64,000 nt of DNA from Eledone cirrhosa (GCA_964016885.1 OZ024744.1:62186001-62250000), one strand, 5' to 3'; numbered from the stretch's first letter, positions 1 through 12,981 are shown. Translations and numbers: made by a program. Notes: generated by a model not told the origin, from the letters alone.

Positions 1-1137
1 GTGCCAGTAATTCAAAAGTCATGCTAATTCACCTTAGGAATTACATTAACAGTACATGTGTCTGTGGAATACTCAACGCCTTACACTATAATATAAGGTG
101 GACTGTGCCAGTAATTCAAAGGTTCAGTCTTGTCACATATTGCATCATGCTAATTTATCTTAGGAATTACATGAAGTGTGCATGTGTCTATGGAATAGTT
201 CTGCACTCACAGCTGATCGAACCACTACTCATTGTTGGAACTGACCAACGATCCATCACAAAGTACGGTATATTTTGAATATTCAGTTTTTATTGACAAA
301 TTTTTTTCAAACATTTGCTCATCATTGAGCTGTAGCTTACTTATTGCTGCTTTTACCAACACAATAATAGCCTCCTCTCATTTGAGCTTAATATTACACC
401 AGCTCCATTCAGGACATATAAAGGAGTGGGGGCTGACTAGTACATTGTTTGGAGTCTATAGAAGGGAGAGGCTTTGTAAACATCTAATCAATCTTTTTCC
501 TTAAAGAAAATTACAAAAGCCTCCAGGGCCTCTTGTTCTATCTTGCAAAATTTCAGTCACAGGTCTTGGCTTCACCCAGACCTAATTGTATGTGGCTATG
601 TTCTTGCAAGTCAGTACAGCACAACCAAATAAATAGTCAAGAAGTTTGCTTCACAATCATAAGACTCCGGTTGGATCCTTCTCACACAATGTTGCCATAC
701 ACATCACAATGTTGTCACACAGTAGCTTTGAATTTAAAATATTTTGCTCAAAGCTTCAAAAGTTCTGCTCAGTGGTTGGGAAAAAATAGATGAAACATTG
801 ACAAAGAGACATTATTATAGCACTTAATGTCCTATTAATATCAAATAAATATGTCTATATTGTTTTCATTATTCTTACAATGAATAATTATGCTATATAC
901 TAACACAATACATTTTCCCAAATAAAATAGAGATTCTAATAAAAGGTATTCCTAAAAAGCCACTCAGAAACAATTAACCATATTTCAATTAGCAATTAAT
1001 TAACTGCAAACATCAATGTTGACACAATATTTTTATTCGGTGACATTGAAGTACTGCATTACTAGATACTTATTACATTGGTTGAAACTTCTGAAAATGT
1101 TGAAGCTAAACAATTATATTATAATAAAAGATTACTT

Positions 1138-1396
1138 AGGCACAGGTGTGGCTGTGTGGTTAAGAAGTTTGCTTTGCAACCATGTGGTCTCAGGTTCAGT
1201 CCCACTGTGAGGTACTTCAGGCAAGTGTCTTCTACTATAGCCTTGGGTTGAGCAATGTCTTGGCAGGCAAAACTGTGTATATCATAACTCAGCAATTTGA
1301 GAAACTAAAGAATTAGACTTGAAAAAAATTAAGTACTAGGGTTCATACGGTTGATTAAATCCCTTAAAAGGTAGAGCCCCAGAATAGTTGCAGCCT
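1138..1396 (+). mobile_element. tRNA-derived SINE (family A)
   Basis: A-box-like tggctgtgtgg and B-box-like ggttcagtccc, then ggcaagtgtcttctactatagcc. Related decayed copies at about 7030, 22040, 53680 (+) and 21460-21660 (-). Confidence 0.7.
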
Positions 1397-2543
1397 AAAA
1401 AAAAAAATTTTTTTTTTTTTAAACCTTACAAACAAATACTAACAACACACATTTACAATGGATGATTGCATGTTTCTTTTGACAGATTGGCCCTAGTAAA
1501 TATTTTTCCAAGTCTGGTATTTATTTTATCAATTTTTTTGTTGAACTACTAGAAAACTGGATGTAAATAAAGCGCATACATAAAAACAGACACACAAATA
1601 CAGATATATATGCACAAGTTTCTGTTTACCAAATTCCACTTGCAAGGCCAATAAAAACAATAACTGCCCGATTGGCATAGCAGCAAAATCTCCCTCAAAT
1701 CACAACATACCAGTAAAATAGGCACATGTTGGAGATTTTTGTTAAAAAAAGGTGTGACTTAAACATGGCTATGTATGGTATACATATGAGCTAGCAAGGG
1801 ACACTACAAGGTAGCTAGAACTGATAAAAATAGACAAATTCCCCCAATCCACACACTACTGTCTTATGTATACACTATATATATATATACTTATGTATAA
1901 GTCATACTTTCATTTTACATATAGTTTGAACCAAGGTTTTATAGGTTCAGAAGATATGTTTCATGCTGGCTTTTCACATCATATTTCTATGGTAAGAGGT
2001 GTGACCTATGCAAAATATATACAATCTATATGCAGTATAAATCACACCATGTCACATACAACATTTACAATGTATCATAGTTTGAATTAAGGTTTTGTAA
2101 ATATAGTAGTAGATAAGTTACCTGATAGTTTTTCTCTTGTATTTTCTCTAGAAAAAAAGGGGGTGAAACTTATACACAATTATATAAGATAATTGTAATA
2201 CTCATTCTGGGTATTTTTACTACACTATCAACACCTACCACTTTAAAAATATTTAATAAAAGAGTATGAAAAGACCAAAGTATCTTCACTCCCTACCTAC
2301 AAATTCAGCTTTTACCTATAATCATTTTTTTTCTATGCACTTTTCTACCTTATTTTATATACAGAACACACACAACACTAAATAAACACAAACATGTCTT
2401 ATTTTCTCTCTTCTCACAGTACACATACACACATTAACCCCTTTCTATACAAATCTGCCTGAGATTGCCTCCTGATACAAAACTCTCCATTCTAAAGCAT
2501 TGATATGCAAGTTAAATCCTTCAATCATAATTGAATGTAAAAA

Positions 2544-4134
2544 GGTAAGGCGACAAGTATACTTAGCTAGGAGGGAAGCAGAGGATAGAAAATTCAGGCA
2601 TATTTTGCAACGTGAGGGCCAGAAACAGGAGGTGTTCAAGATTGCGAGGCAGTGTGTCAGAGAGAATTGTGATGTCATTGGAGAGAAGTGTATCCGGAAT
2701 GATAAAGGTGAGCTTGCTCTCACACGTGCTGAGAAGAAAGATGCATGGAAGAGTCATTATGATAGATTACTAAATGAGGAGAATGCATGGGAAGATGAGA
2801 CCCTACCCCAAGTAGACCCTATAGAGGGACCAGCAGTACAAGTCAGCAGCAGCGTAGTAAGTAAGGCAATCAAAGATATGAAGATGGGGAAGGCAACCGG
2901 TCCATCGGGTATAGCTGCCGAATACGTGTGGTTATAGTGTGACCTACAGACCCAGATGCTGAAGGCATCTGGGTCTGTAGGTCACACTATAACCACACGT
3001 ATTGTTAACCAGGTAATACTAGAAGGTGTCATACCAAAAGATTGGTGCAGTAGCATCATTGTCAACTGCTACAAAGGTAAAGGTGATGCACTAGATAGAG
3101 GAAACTATAGAGGTATAAAGCTGATGGACCAGGTCATGAAAGTAACAGAAAGAGTTATAGCACAGTTGATTAGGAGGGATCGGGTGAAACTAGACGAGAT
3201 GCAATTTGGGTTTGTACCAGGAAGAGGCACCACTGATGCCCTCTTCCTTGTCAGGCAGTTACAGGAAAAGTACCTAGCTAAAAGTAAGCTACTCTACCTG
3301 GTATTCGTCGACCTTGAGAAAGCCTTTGACAGAGTTCCACGTGCAGTAATCTGGTGGGCTCTTAGAAAGCTAGGAGTAGATGAATGGCTTGTGAAAGCGG
3401 TACAAGCCATCTATAGGGGAGCAGTCAGCAAAGTTAGGATTAGCAATGAGTATAGCGAGGAATTTAGCGTACAGGTTGGGGTCCACCAGGGCTCTGTTCT
3501 TAGCCCCCTCCTGTTCATCATAGTCCTGCAGGCAATAACGGAGGAGTTTAAGACCGGATGCCCATGGGAACTCCTGTATGCTGATGACCTCGCACTTATA
3601 GCTGAATCTATGAAATTCCAAACTTGGAAGCAGGGACTAGAAAGAAAGGGTCTCAAAGTCAACATGACAAAGACTAAGGTCATTGTAAGTAGACGAGAAA
3701 ACAGAACCCAGATCCCCTCAGGGAAATGGCCTTGCTCAGTATGTAGGAAAGGTGTAGGTAGGAACTCCATTCTCTGCCCCAAATGCAAACAATGGGTACA
3801 CAAGAGATGTAGCGGGATCTCAGGAAGCTTAAGAATGTAGGCTTCACATGCAGCAGCTGTGCTGGGACAGCAAGCAGCAAACAGCCACAGGAAACAAGTA
3901 CCACCAATCTCTGGGAGGGCTCTGTAGAAACAGTAGACAGCTTCTGCTACCAAGGTGACCGAATTAGCAGCGGAGGTGGGTGTTCAGAAAGTACAATAAC
4001 TAGGGTAAGAACGGGATGGAAGAAGTTTAGGGAACTACTACCACTGCTAGCTGCAAAAAGGCTCCTCTCTCTAAATGAAAGGCAGACTGTATGATGCGTG
4101 TATCCGAACAGCGATGTTGCATGGTAGTGAGACC
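2544..4134 (+). mobile_element. RTE-clade LINE fragment (linker, reverse transcriptase, PHD-like finger), disrupted
   Basis: ORFs 2500-2937 and 2956-3840 carry RT motifs NYRGI, QFGF, FVDLEKAFD, GVHQGSVLSP and YADD, then CSVC/CPKC/HKRC/CSSC. Frameshifts follow; the fragment ends at LHGSET. Confidence 0.95.
2921..3003. repeat. Perfect 39-bp inverted repeat with 5-nt loop inside the RTE ORF
   Basis: 2921-2959 is the exact reverse complement of 2965-3003. Confidence 0.95.
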
Positions 4135-4227
4135 GGAGGCTTCACTGGATGTATACTTTGTATACATGTATACTGTCCTTATGGGAGATGTATGGGAGGG
4201 TGTGGCGGTGCATAATGTATACATGCT

Positions 4228-4540
4228 TCAGCTGTGGTAGAAACATTATGTAACATTTAGTTACGGCCCTTTACATACTGAGTTCAAATTCTGCCGAGGT
4301 TAACTTTGCCTTTCATCCTTACAGGGTCGATAAAATAAAGTACAATGCAATGGGGTCGATTTAATCGACTGACCCCCACCCCAAAAATTGTTGGCCTTGT
4401 GCTTAAATATAGAAATCATTATTATTATTTACATTCTGAGTTCAAACTCTTTTGAGGTTATCTTTGCCTCTCTTCTTACTCGGGGTCGATAAAATAAAGT
4501 ACCAGCCAAGTACTGAGGTCGATTTAGTGGAGTTACCCCT
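4228..4540 (+). mobile_element. SINE family B, one copy plus a tandem partial copy
   Basis: Core ctgagttcaaat...gccgaggttaactttgcctttcatcc...ggggtcgataaaataaagtac and an (att)n tail, shared with many other copies in the window. Confidence 0.75.
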
Positions 4541-4663
4541 GTGTTGGTGCTGATTAATGGTGTTATTCAACTAATAATGTTATAGCTGCAGGTGCATATA
4601 CTCTACTTCGTGATTCAAGCAGTCAGATAAGATTATATACATATATACACCCACACACATATA

Positions 4664-4765
4664 TCATCATCATCGTTTAACGTCTATCTTCCACGCTAGC
4701 ATGGGTTTAGACGGGAATTGTCCCACTCGAGGCAAGATTGGACGGGTGACCGTGTCTCGCTCGTA
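4664..4765 (-). mobile_element. RTE-type 3' tail fragment ending in (GAT)n
   Basis: Reverse complement of the aacccatgctagcgtggaa...gacgttaaacgatgatgatg end seen in the RTE copies. Confidence 0.7.
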
Positions 4766-4873
4766 CATACATACACACGTATATACATACATACATTTTT
4801 TTTTTACACATACATATATGGAAAGTTATATTTAAAATTGTTGGGTTACAACTAGTAACTGATGAAGTTTTTA

Positions 4874-5214
<341 letters not shown>

Positions 5215-7740
5215 AAGCTAACAAGCAGTGATAAAAACTTCATCAGCCAGCCACAACTGTAAGCACGTTCATTACTCACAATAACAACAACAGCACACAA
5301 CGAACTAAAAAATTTAAATAGCCAGTATATTTAGAGCCACGACTTCAAAGGCGTGTCAGATAAAAGGGGCAAGCTTTAGACGTGCACAAAGGAATTATGA
5401 TATAACCACGAAGTGCAAATCCTTAGATTTCCCTTTGATATTTCCCTACATAGATTATTATATTCAATAGATTATTATTTGTAACTTTTCGTTGATAGCA
5501 TTGTATGTGTTAATGCTTCCCCACCGCAAATACTGGAAGAGGAATATTAATAACAACATTAAATTGCTCCCTTTATGTTTGATGAGAGGTTATAGCATGC
5601 CAGTATACAGTTGTACGTAGTACGTACAGAGCACACGTTACACAAAATGTGTGTTTACAAACTGGAAATCCATTACATTTATGACACTTATACACTGAAC
5701 TGTGATTTTGTTAACTTTCACCTTCCTAAAACAACCCGATATATTGAATGGGAAGTATTACAAATAAATACACAAGAATGTACTACATTCCTTTCTACAC
5801 TTTGTTATGGTCAAAAAACCTTCGCTATTTATCAATAACAGCTTCGAAATACTAAATCTTTGAACATTTGACATTGAGAGAACAATAAATATTTCTCTTC
5901 TTCATAATATTTAGCTACAAGCGTGTATGGATTCGTCCTATATACAATATGTTTATGTATAACATACATTTAATCACCACTGGGTGTATTTTAAACTGAT
6001 CATATCACAGTTTCACCAGTATATATAGCACTAATACAATGTTTTATGTATAATAAATATACAGTTACACTGTATATTAAACAGTGATTATATATAGTTA
6101 CATCAGTATATAGCAGTAACACAGTGTAAATTAGAATAAAAGTATATATAGACCATATATGATAATATGTTTGCAGGCCTGCCCACTTTGGGGTAGGTGA
6201 GAGATGTTTTCTGGGTATAGTTTTCATTATGTAAAATCTCCCCGTTTTGGCGCACTTTTTTTTCATGCAACTCCTCGTTTGGGTTTTTAGTGTGTACGTA
6301 TAACATACATTTAGTCTCCCTGTATTTCAAGCTGTGATCATATCAGTGTATAGAATATAGACTAAGCAGCGTGATTCAGAATAAAAGCGCATATGGACAC
6401 TAGCTTTCTTATTTATTTATTAATCTTAAGCAAACATCTCTGAAAAATTTAACTTTCAAACTAGATTTCATTACTTACCTTCTAGTAATATTTTATTCAT
6501 CAGCTAATGCATGCAACCCTAAAGGGAAATTTAGTATGAAGATTATTTATAATGAAATTAATATTTTTTAAATGATCCTATTTAATAGAATTCCTACATA
6601 TTTAAAAGAATTTCAAATTACCCAGCACTTCGATAGTTTGTAACCAGAAGTCCCTGAGCTCAATGGTTAGAGCACTCAGTCAGAATTCGAGATGTGCTGG
6701 CCACTTTCCCCCTCCCATAGAGGCATTTTACTCGATTTTTTTAAAGCTTATTATATATAGGAATAGATTGATACAGTTGTTTTCTGCATTTAGGAGTCCT
6801 ACATTTTCTAAAATTACCCAGCGCTTCGATATTCTGTGTTGAACTAGAATTATATACTTTAAATTAAATTATATAAATGATGTACATAATATTTTTAAGT
6901 GACTATAAATGAATTTAGGATTAAATGATAAAATCAGTCACGACAATTACAAAATTCTTTTCAGATAAGCAAAAAAAAGAAAAAGAAAGAAAGGGCTACT
7001 GCATGAAAGTTTGAAATATTGGCTTTATAGGCATATGTGTGGTTAAGAGGTCTGCTTCAAAACCATGTGATTTTAGGTTTAGTCCTACTGTGTGGCACTT
7101 TAAAAGAAGTGTTTATTAAATTCAGGTCGACCAGTGCGTTTAATGGTTTCTAATTTTTCACATCGCAATTTCGTGTTGAAACAACGCAACACGGAGTGTC
7201 AGTTTTATAAAAGAAGAGAAACGGTTTTATGTATACAACATCCGTTTATTATATAATCCTGTTATGCACATTTCGAAGACAGTGGTTGCGTAATAATCAT
7301 GTTATGTGTTGTCATCAAACAGGTTTATTGTTGTTCTTGTTGCTGTTTCAGATATGCTCGCTATGTTAGCAGTCCGGATACGGGCGATCATATGTACAAA
7401 ACGATAGCGATAGGCAACCAAAGGGTGGGAGATATTACTCTAAATACATACTTAAGATGGAAACAGCTACATTTTCTTTACAGTATTGTTTCAAAGTCCA
7501 AGAGACGTAGGCCAAAGTAGAATCTATCCAAGCAATCGATTACCAACTATCGATTTCGTTAAAGCCATTGAATGACAAGGAACTAATTAGAGGAAATTGT
7601 CTTTACGTATATTCTACACTGTAGAAGATAACTTTATATTTTGAGAAGAGAGAGCCTGCCTCAGCTTCAAATCTACAGTAAAAAAAAAAAACTTTAATGG
7701 CGGAGGCAGATACATTTGATGAATATTATTTGTGCGCTGA

Positions 7741-7923
7741 ATTGGCAGTATCGGTAGAGGGTCGGACGCCATGCTTTCTAGCATAGTTACGTCCCTTTAC
7801 ACTCTGATTTCAAATCCCGCCGAGGTTAACTTTGCCTTTCATCCTTATGGGGTCGATAAAATAAAGTACCAGTAATGTACTGGGTAATTGCTGGCCTTGT
7901 GCCAAAAGTAGAAACAATTATTA
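7741..7923 (+). mobile_element. SINE family B
   Basis: attggcagtatcggtagagggtcgg head, family-B core, gccaaaagtagaaacaatt tail. Confidence 0.8.
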
Positions 7924-8753
7924 TCTGTGTACAAAATACTGTGTTTCTCAAATGATATATGACTTTCTCACTCTCTAAATATCTTTTGAATTTTATATAT
8001 ATGGCTTCTAGTGAAGTCATAGGGGCCTTGTCATGATATACTTGGACATTATTTTAATCTGGCGGAGCCCACCCTCTCTATTTAGTTCCGAACAGCCGAT
8101 TTCTTCCATAGGAGGAGAGTGTGAGAACAAGATATGGAGAAAAAAGATCGGCCCCAGTACTGGACTAGTACTTTTTTTCATCCTCCTCGGAAAGATGGAA
8201 GGCAAATTTGACGTCGGCGGGATTTGAACTAAGAGAGCTGGAGCGAATACCGCAAAGCCTTATATATCTGTACAGCCACCGGAAATAACATCTGAGAAAT
8301 AAACAGCTCCATCTATCTGCTTAGCTAACTACCTCACCGTGAAACAAACAACCCTTAAAGACACCAAAATAAAACGCTTACGCAGCGGCTAAACATCAAA
8401 CGATTATTTTTGTATAAATAGAGTGATTCCAAACACTTTCACCAGTCGACTTTGGCAGAGTCAGCTAGCGTATCGTTGTTCCTCTCCTCTGCCACGCTTG
8501 TCACTCACACACGCCTTGTACCTCTGTATCGTCGCTTCATGTATGAAAATAAATAGCTGACCGAAACTACATCTCTCGCCTTGCTCGTCCTTTCAACTTG
8601 TGCTTTCGTCTGTTCATCCTTATCGTATGAGACAACAATCCTTTTAAGGGCTACCCTCAGACGGTATGCGATAACAGTCTTTTAAGGGCTATTCTCGGAT
8701 CTGATCAGAAGTAGTGACCAGACTGACTAACCACGTCGCTACATATCCAAAGT

Positions 8754-8969
8754 TGTTTCTACGACTGGATGTCCTTCCTAACGCTTTAGACAGTGTTCCG
8801 AAGGTCTTTTATTGTGGCACCACTCCAACCGACATGATGGACTTGGTGCTCTTTATTGTGCACAATAAAATAAAGAGCACCAAGTCCATGTCGGTTGGAG
8901 TGGTGCCACAATAAAAGACACTCGGAACACTGTCGAAAGCGTTAAGAAGGACATCCAGTCGTAGAAACA
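8754..8969. repeat. About 215-bp imperfect palindrome built from two head-to-head SINE/RTE-tail segments
   Basis: Arms of about 100 bp are reverse complements with few mismatches. The centre tttattgtgcacaataaa (8852-8869) is itself a perfect 18-bp palindrome. Confidence 0.9.
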
Positions 8970-10177
8970 CTGGCAGAATGGAACGTATGAAGCAAGACGC
9001 AGTCATCCGACCGGACCTCGCCTCAGAATATGATAACCTATACAAACATAAAAAAACAAACGTAAAACGGTGACGATGGTAATGATAGTATGGGTGGTGA
9101 TCATATAAACACTGTATATACTGTGTGAAAGTCGCGTCTACGTGTTACATACAACTCTTACAATGTACCAAATGTTTTGAATAGAAGTTCAGTAGATATA
9201 TCACATGGTTTTTTAAGTGTATTTCTGTGAAACTTATGAGTACTGTATATATATTTTGTATTTCATAGTTCATGTAAGCCATTATTTTCGATAAGCATGG
9301 ACAATACTTTTTGACGTGTGTGTAGAGGCGAGGAGGAAAAGTTCATTATTCGTAAGGCACATTTTTGAAGAGTGACATAACATCCTCAATGTAAAGAAAT
9401 ATTTAATTTAACTCGGCTCTTATTTACATAAAGGAGGGAAGGAGCTGGTTAACAAACAATCGATAGCATATCTCCTAACAGGAGACAGAAACAAGAATTA
9501 TGTGTCATCTTTTATGAGTCATTTATAGCTTGAAAGGAGGTGAGGAACGAATGTGTGTCCAGTGTGTCGGTTTGTAATGTGTGTGTAGCAGAAAAGGTTA
9601 TGGACGGCGGGGGAGGTGGGAGATAGTCTGTAAATAATTACAATGAAAGTGATTACAGAGTGTAAGTTTGAAATAGCATGGAATCATCTTACTTGTTTTT
9701 GTTGTGTAACACAAGCCAGCCTTGATTGAGTAGGCCTGTTTACTTTCAACGTCCTGTATCACGTGAAACTTCATTAGCAAGACATTTTTTTTTAAATACA
9801 AAACAGCACAATGCATCACATTAAGTTACAAATTTTCATAACCATCAGTCCACTGGTAACGATACTATAAACATTTGAATTAACAAACCCATTTTTAAAC
9901 ATTTTCTGTTAAATCATTACAAAATGTTTAGAGTTCTATCCCATCTTTTAACCAAAACTACATTATCGGCTGTGTTCATTATTTTCTTCAAATGTTTATT
10001 TAGAGAGGGTATTGACTGCTACTTCTAATAGGTTATTGAACCATATAGTGGGTCCTGTCGTAGCATTTATGAGATAGAGTGTGCATGACATTGGGATATG
10101 ATTTGAGAAAGATTTCGGTGTTATTTCTGACTGGACGACAACCAAATGGAGATGAAATTGGAAGCGCAAAACATTAG

Positions 10178-10440
10178 GGTGCGTGGCCTAGTGGTATGGG
10201 TGTTGGACTTACGATCATAATATCGTGGGTTAAATTCGAGGACTGGGTTGTCTTGTGTTCAATTCACGTTGTTCCAGTATACTCAGCGAAAAACGAGTAC
10301 CAACAATAGCTGGGGGGTTTAACCCTGCAATGGAATGTCGTCTTGTCGGGGGGTGGGGGTGTTCTTGTACTCAGTCGTTTCACGTTACCGAAACCGGGGT
10401 AAGCATTGGGCTGGTGAGCCTCAGGACTCGATACTGGTTT
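10178..10440 (+). mobile_element. tRNA-derived SINE (family C)
   Basis: gcgtggcctagtggt A-box head. Related copies at about 25550-25780 and 57510-57770 (+), and about 15180-15330, 17900-18022 and 20150-20385 (-). Confidence 0.65.
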
Positions 10441-10941
10441 TAGACTTTTAGATCTCAGGGAGACTTGGCTGCTTTTTCTAGCAGGTTGAGCGGCCACAGG
10501 GGAAGGGGGCTACTTGTTGATTCATCCCCCAATAAGGATAGAAAAGATGAAATAGTATATTTAGTTATCCATTACAACATGAAACAAAAACTTTGTATCA
10601 GTAGCAGGTCACCTCTGGTCAAGTAAATCCGCGACCTTTAACGTTCCAACAGTGACCGTCATATCATATGACTATATGTCAGAGCGTTCTCCCACAATGT
10701 CCAAGGCATATATCATTCTAGTAGCGTTAGTCGTCGTCTGTATTTATGATAGAACCTTCCTTAACATCACAATCATTGTTAAACTCTATTTCTCCCAGCT
10801 GATGTTAGTAATAATTTAGTAATAAATGTTTGTGATATGCTGTGTGATATGGGACATATATAACATGGATTGGGTGGAATTAACGTTTAATATAAAATTC
10901 TTCGAGTCAATGCTCAGATTGTTAAATATAGAACATCTATA

Positions 10942-11150
10942 TAATAATAATAATAATTTCTACTTTAGGCACATTGCTAACAATTTGGCGGGGGAAATTT
11001 GGGAGGGGAAAGTCAATTAAATCGATCCCCAGTGCATTACTGGTACTTTTATCGACCCCGTAAGGAAGGAAGGCAAAGCTAACCTCGGCGGGATTTTAAC
11101 TCAGAACGTGATGGATCATACCTATGCTGCAAAGCATGGCGTCTGACGCT
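10942..11150 (-). mobile_element. SINE family B
   Basis: Reverse complement of the family-B core with (aat)n tail. Confidence 0.75.
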
Positions 11151-11247
11151 TTTTTCACCATTTATATTTTTCCTATAATTTTTATAAGAAATACGTGTAA
11201 GATAAATATAATTTCTTAACGTTTTCTTCGATATTTATCCATTATAT

Positions 11248-12171
11248 ATTGGCAGTATCGGTAAAGGGTCGCACGCCATGCTTTGCAGCAAAGAGTTACG
11301 GCCCTTTATGGTCTGAGTTCAAATCTCGCCGAGGTTAATTTTGCGGCGATATCCAATTTTAGTGGACTAAATGCCGCTTACTTGCTGTAGTTGCTGCTTA
11401 CTTCAATGTATGAGGCTATTCCAACAAATTTACATTCCCTTTTTTTTTTAGCCGTTAAAAGAAATATAGATTTATTTATTGCTTTTTTTTTTGCGATTTA
11501 TTTGCCACTGGGGCATAGATTTCTTTATTTGCCAAGTTTGTTTGTTTGTTTGTTTGTTTGTTTTTTGCGATTTATTTGCCACTAGAGCATTAGGCGGGGG
11601 AATTTTTTACAAAAATCAAGTACAAACATTTAACGAGTGATTAAAAAGGAATATAAAAAATTAAGTCCTCAATAGAGAGGCAGCCTTTTGGGGTCACACA
11701 CACCCCCGTAGAAAGTGTGCGACCTTTCTGCCAGGGAGCACAGAGAGAGGGGGGTGCTCCCTTCTTCTCTTACCTGTACAAGCCGATATAGAGAGATGGC
11801 CCACTTACACGGGCCATTATTGCTACTTTCGCTACCCGCCTAATGCTCTAGTGGCAAATAAATCGCAAAAAAACAAACAAAAACATGGCAAAGAAATCTA
11901 TGCCCCAGTGGCAAATAAATCGCAAAAAAAAAAAAAAAAACAATAAATAAATCTATATTTCTTTTAACGGCTAAAAAAAAGGGAATGTAAATTTGTTGGA
12001 ATAGCCTCATACATTGAAGTAAGCAGCAACTACAGCAAGTAAGCGGCATTTAGTCCACTAAAATTGGATATCGCCAATTTTGCTTTTCATCCTTACGGGG
12101 GTCGATAAAATAAAGTACCAGTAACACACTGGAATAATTGCTGGCCTTGTGCCAAAAGTAGAAACAATTAT
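11248..12171 (+). mobile_element. SINE family B interrupted by a MITE
   Basis: Head at 11248-11344 and remainder at 12076-12171 rejoin at gaggtt-aattttgc-ttttcatcc. Confidence 0.85.
11345..12075. mobile_element. Non-autonomous DNA transposon (MITE) with about 250-bp TIRs and 8-bp TSD, Merlin-like
   Basis: TIRs begin GGCGATATCCAATTTT. TSD aattttgc at 11337-11344 and 12076-12083. GG termini, 8-bp TSD and long TIRs fit the Merlin/IS1016 superfamily; no transposase is present to confirm this. Confidence 0.85.
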
Positions 12172-12192
12172 ATATGTGCCTTGTGCATGTTG

Positions 12193-12372
12193 ATTGGCAG
12201 TATCGGTAGAGGGTCGGACACCATGCTTTGACGCATAGTCACGGCCCTTGCCATTCTGAGTTCAAATCCCGCCGAGGTTGACTTTGCCTTTCATCCTTAC
12301 GGGGTCGATAAAATAAAGTACCAGTAATGTACTGAGTAATTGCTGGCCTTGTGCCTAAAGTAGAAACAATTA
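12193..12372 (+). mobile_element. SINE family B
   Basis: Head, core and tail as in the 7741 copy. Confidence 0.85.
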
Positions 12373-12582
12373 TATATGTGCCTGTATATTCATACAACAC
12401 GTCAGATTTGTTTGCTCAAAGTTTGATTCCTATTTTTACTGTATAGATTAGACATGTGATGAATTGAGTCGATATGGCTTCATATTCATTAGTTAAGCAA
12501 AACAAGACCACAAATTTCACAAGGAAGACATTATTAAAATATTGTCAACATATTTTAGTTTGATGTAAGGAATGTAGAGAAT

Positions 12583-12981
12583 AATAATAATAATAATAAT
12601 TGTTTCTACTTTAGGCACAAGGCCAGCAATTACTCAGTGTATTACTGGTACTTTATTTTATCGACCCCGTAAGGATGAAAGGCAAAGTCAACCCCGGCGG
12701 GATTTGAACTCAGATCGTAAAGGGACGTAACTATGCTGGAAAGCATGGCGTCCGACCCTCTACCGATACTGCCAATCCACCGCAATAATAATAATAATAA
12801 TAATTGTTTCTATTTTAGGCACAAGGCCGCAATCACCCAGTACATTACTGGTACTTTATTTTATCGACCCCGTAAGGATGAAAGGCAAAGTTACCCTCGG
12901 CGGGATTTGAACTCAGAATGGCAAGGGCCGTAACTCTATGCGTCAAAGCATGGTGTCCGACTCTCTACCGATACTGCCAAT
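12583..12981 (-). mobile_element. Two tandem SINE family B copies (12583-12783 and 12784-12981)
   Basis: Reverse complements of the 12193 copy, each with an (aat)n tail. Confidence 0.85.

Noticed and set aside
1-200. ORF 21-278 with an internal repeat
   Set aside because: Two degenerate copies of a SINE-body segment (also seen near 53820-53900); non-coding.
3411-3953. Antisense ORFs over LINE coding regions (also 28050-28550, 43344-44874, 62498-63975)
   Set aside because: Shadow ORFs on the opposite strand of retrotransposon ORFs.
6650-6705. tRNA-like sequence gtccctgagctcaatggttagagcac
   Set aside because: No T-arm/B-box or acceptor stem; at most a SINE head remnant.
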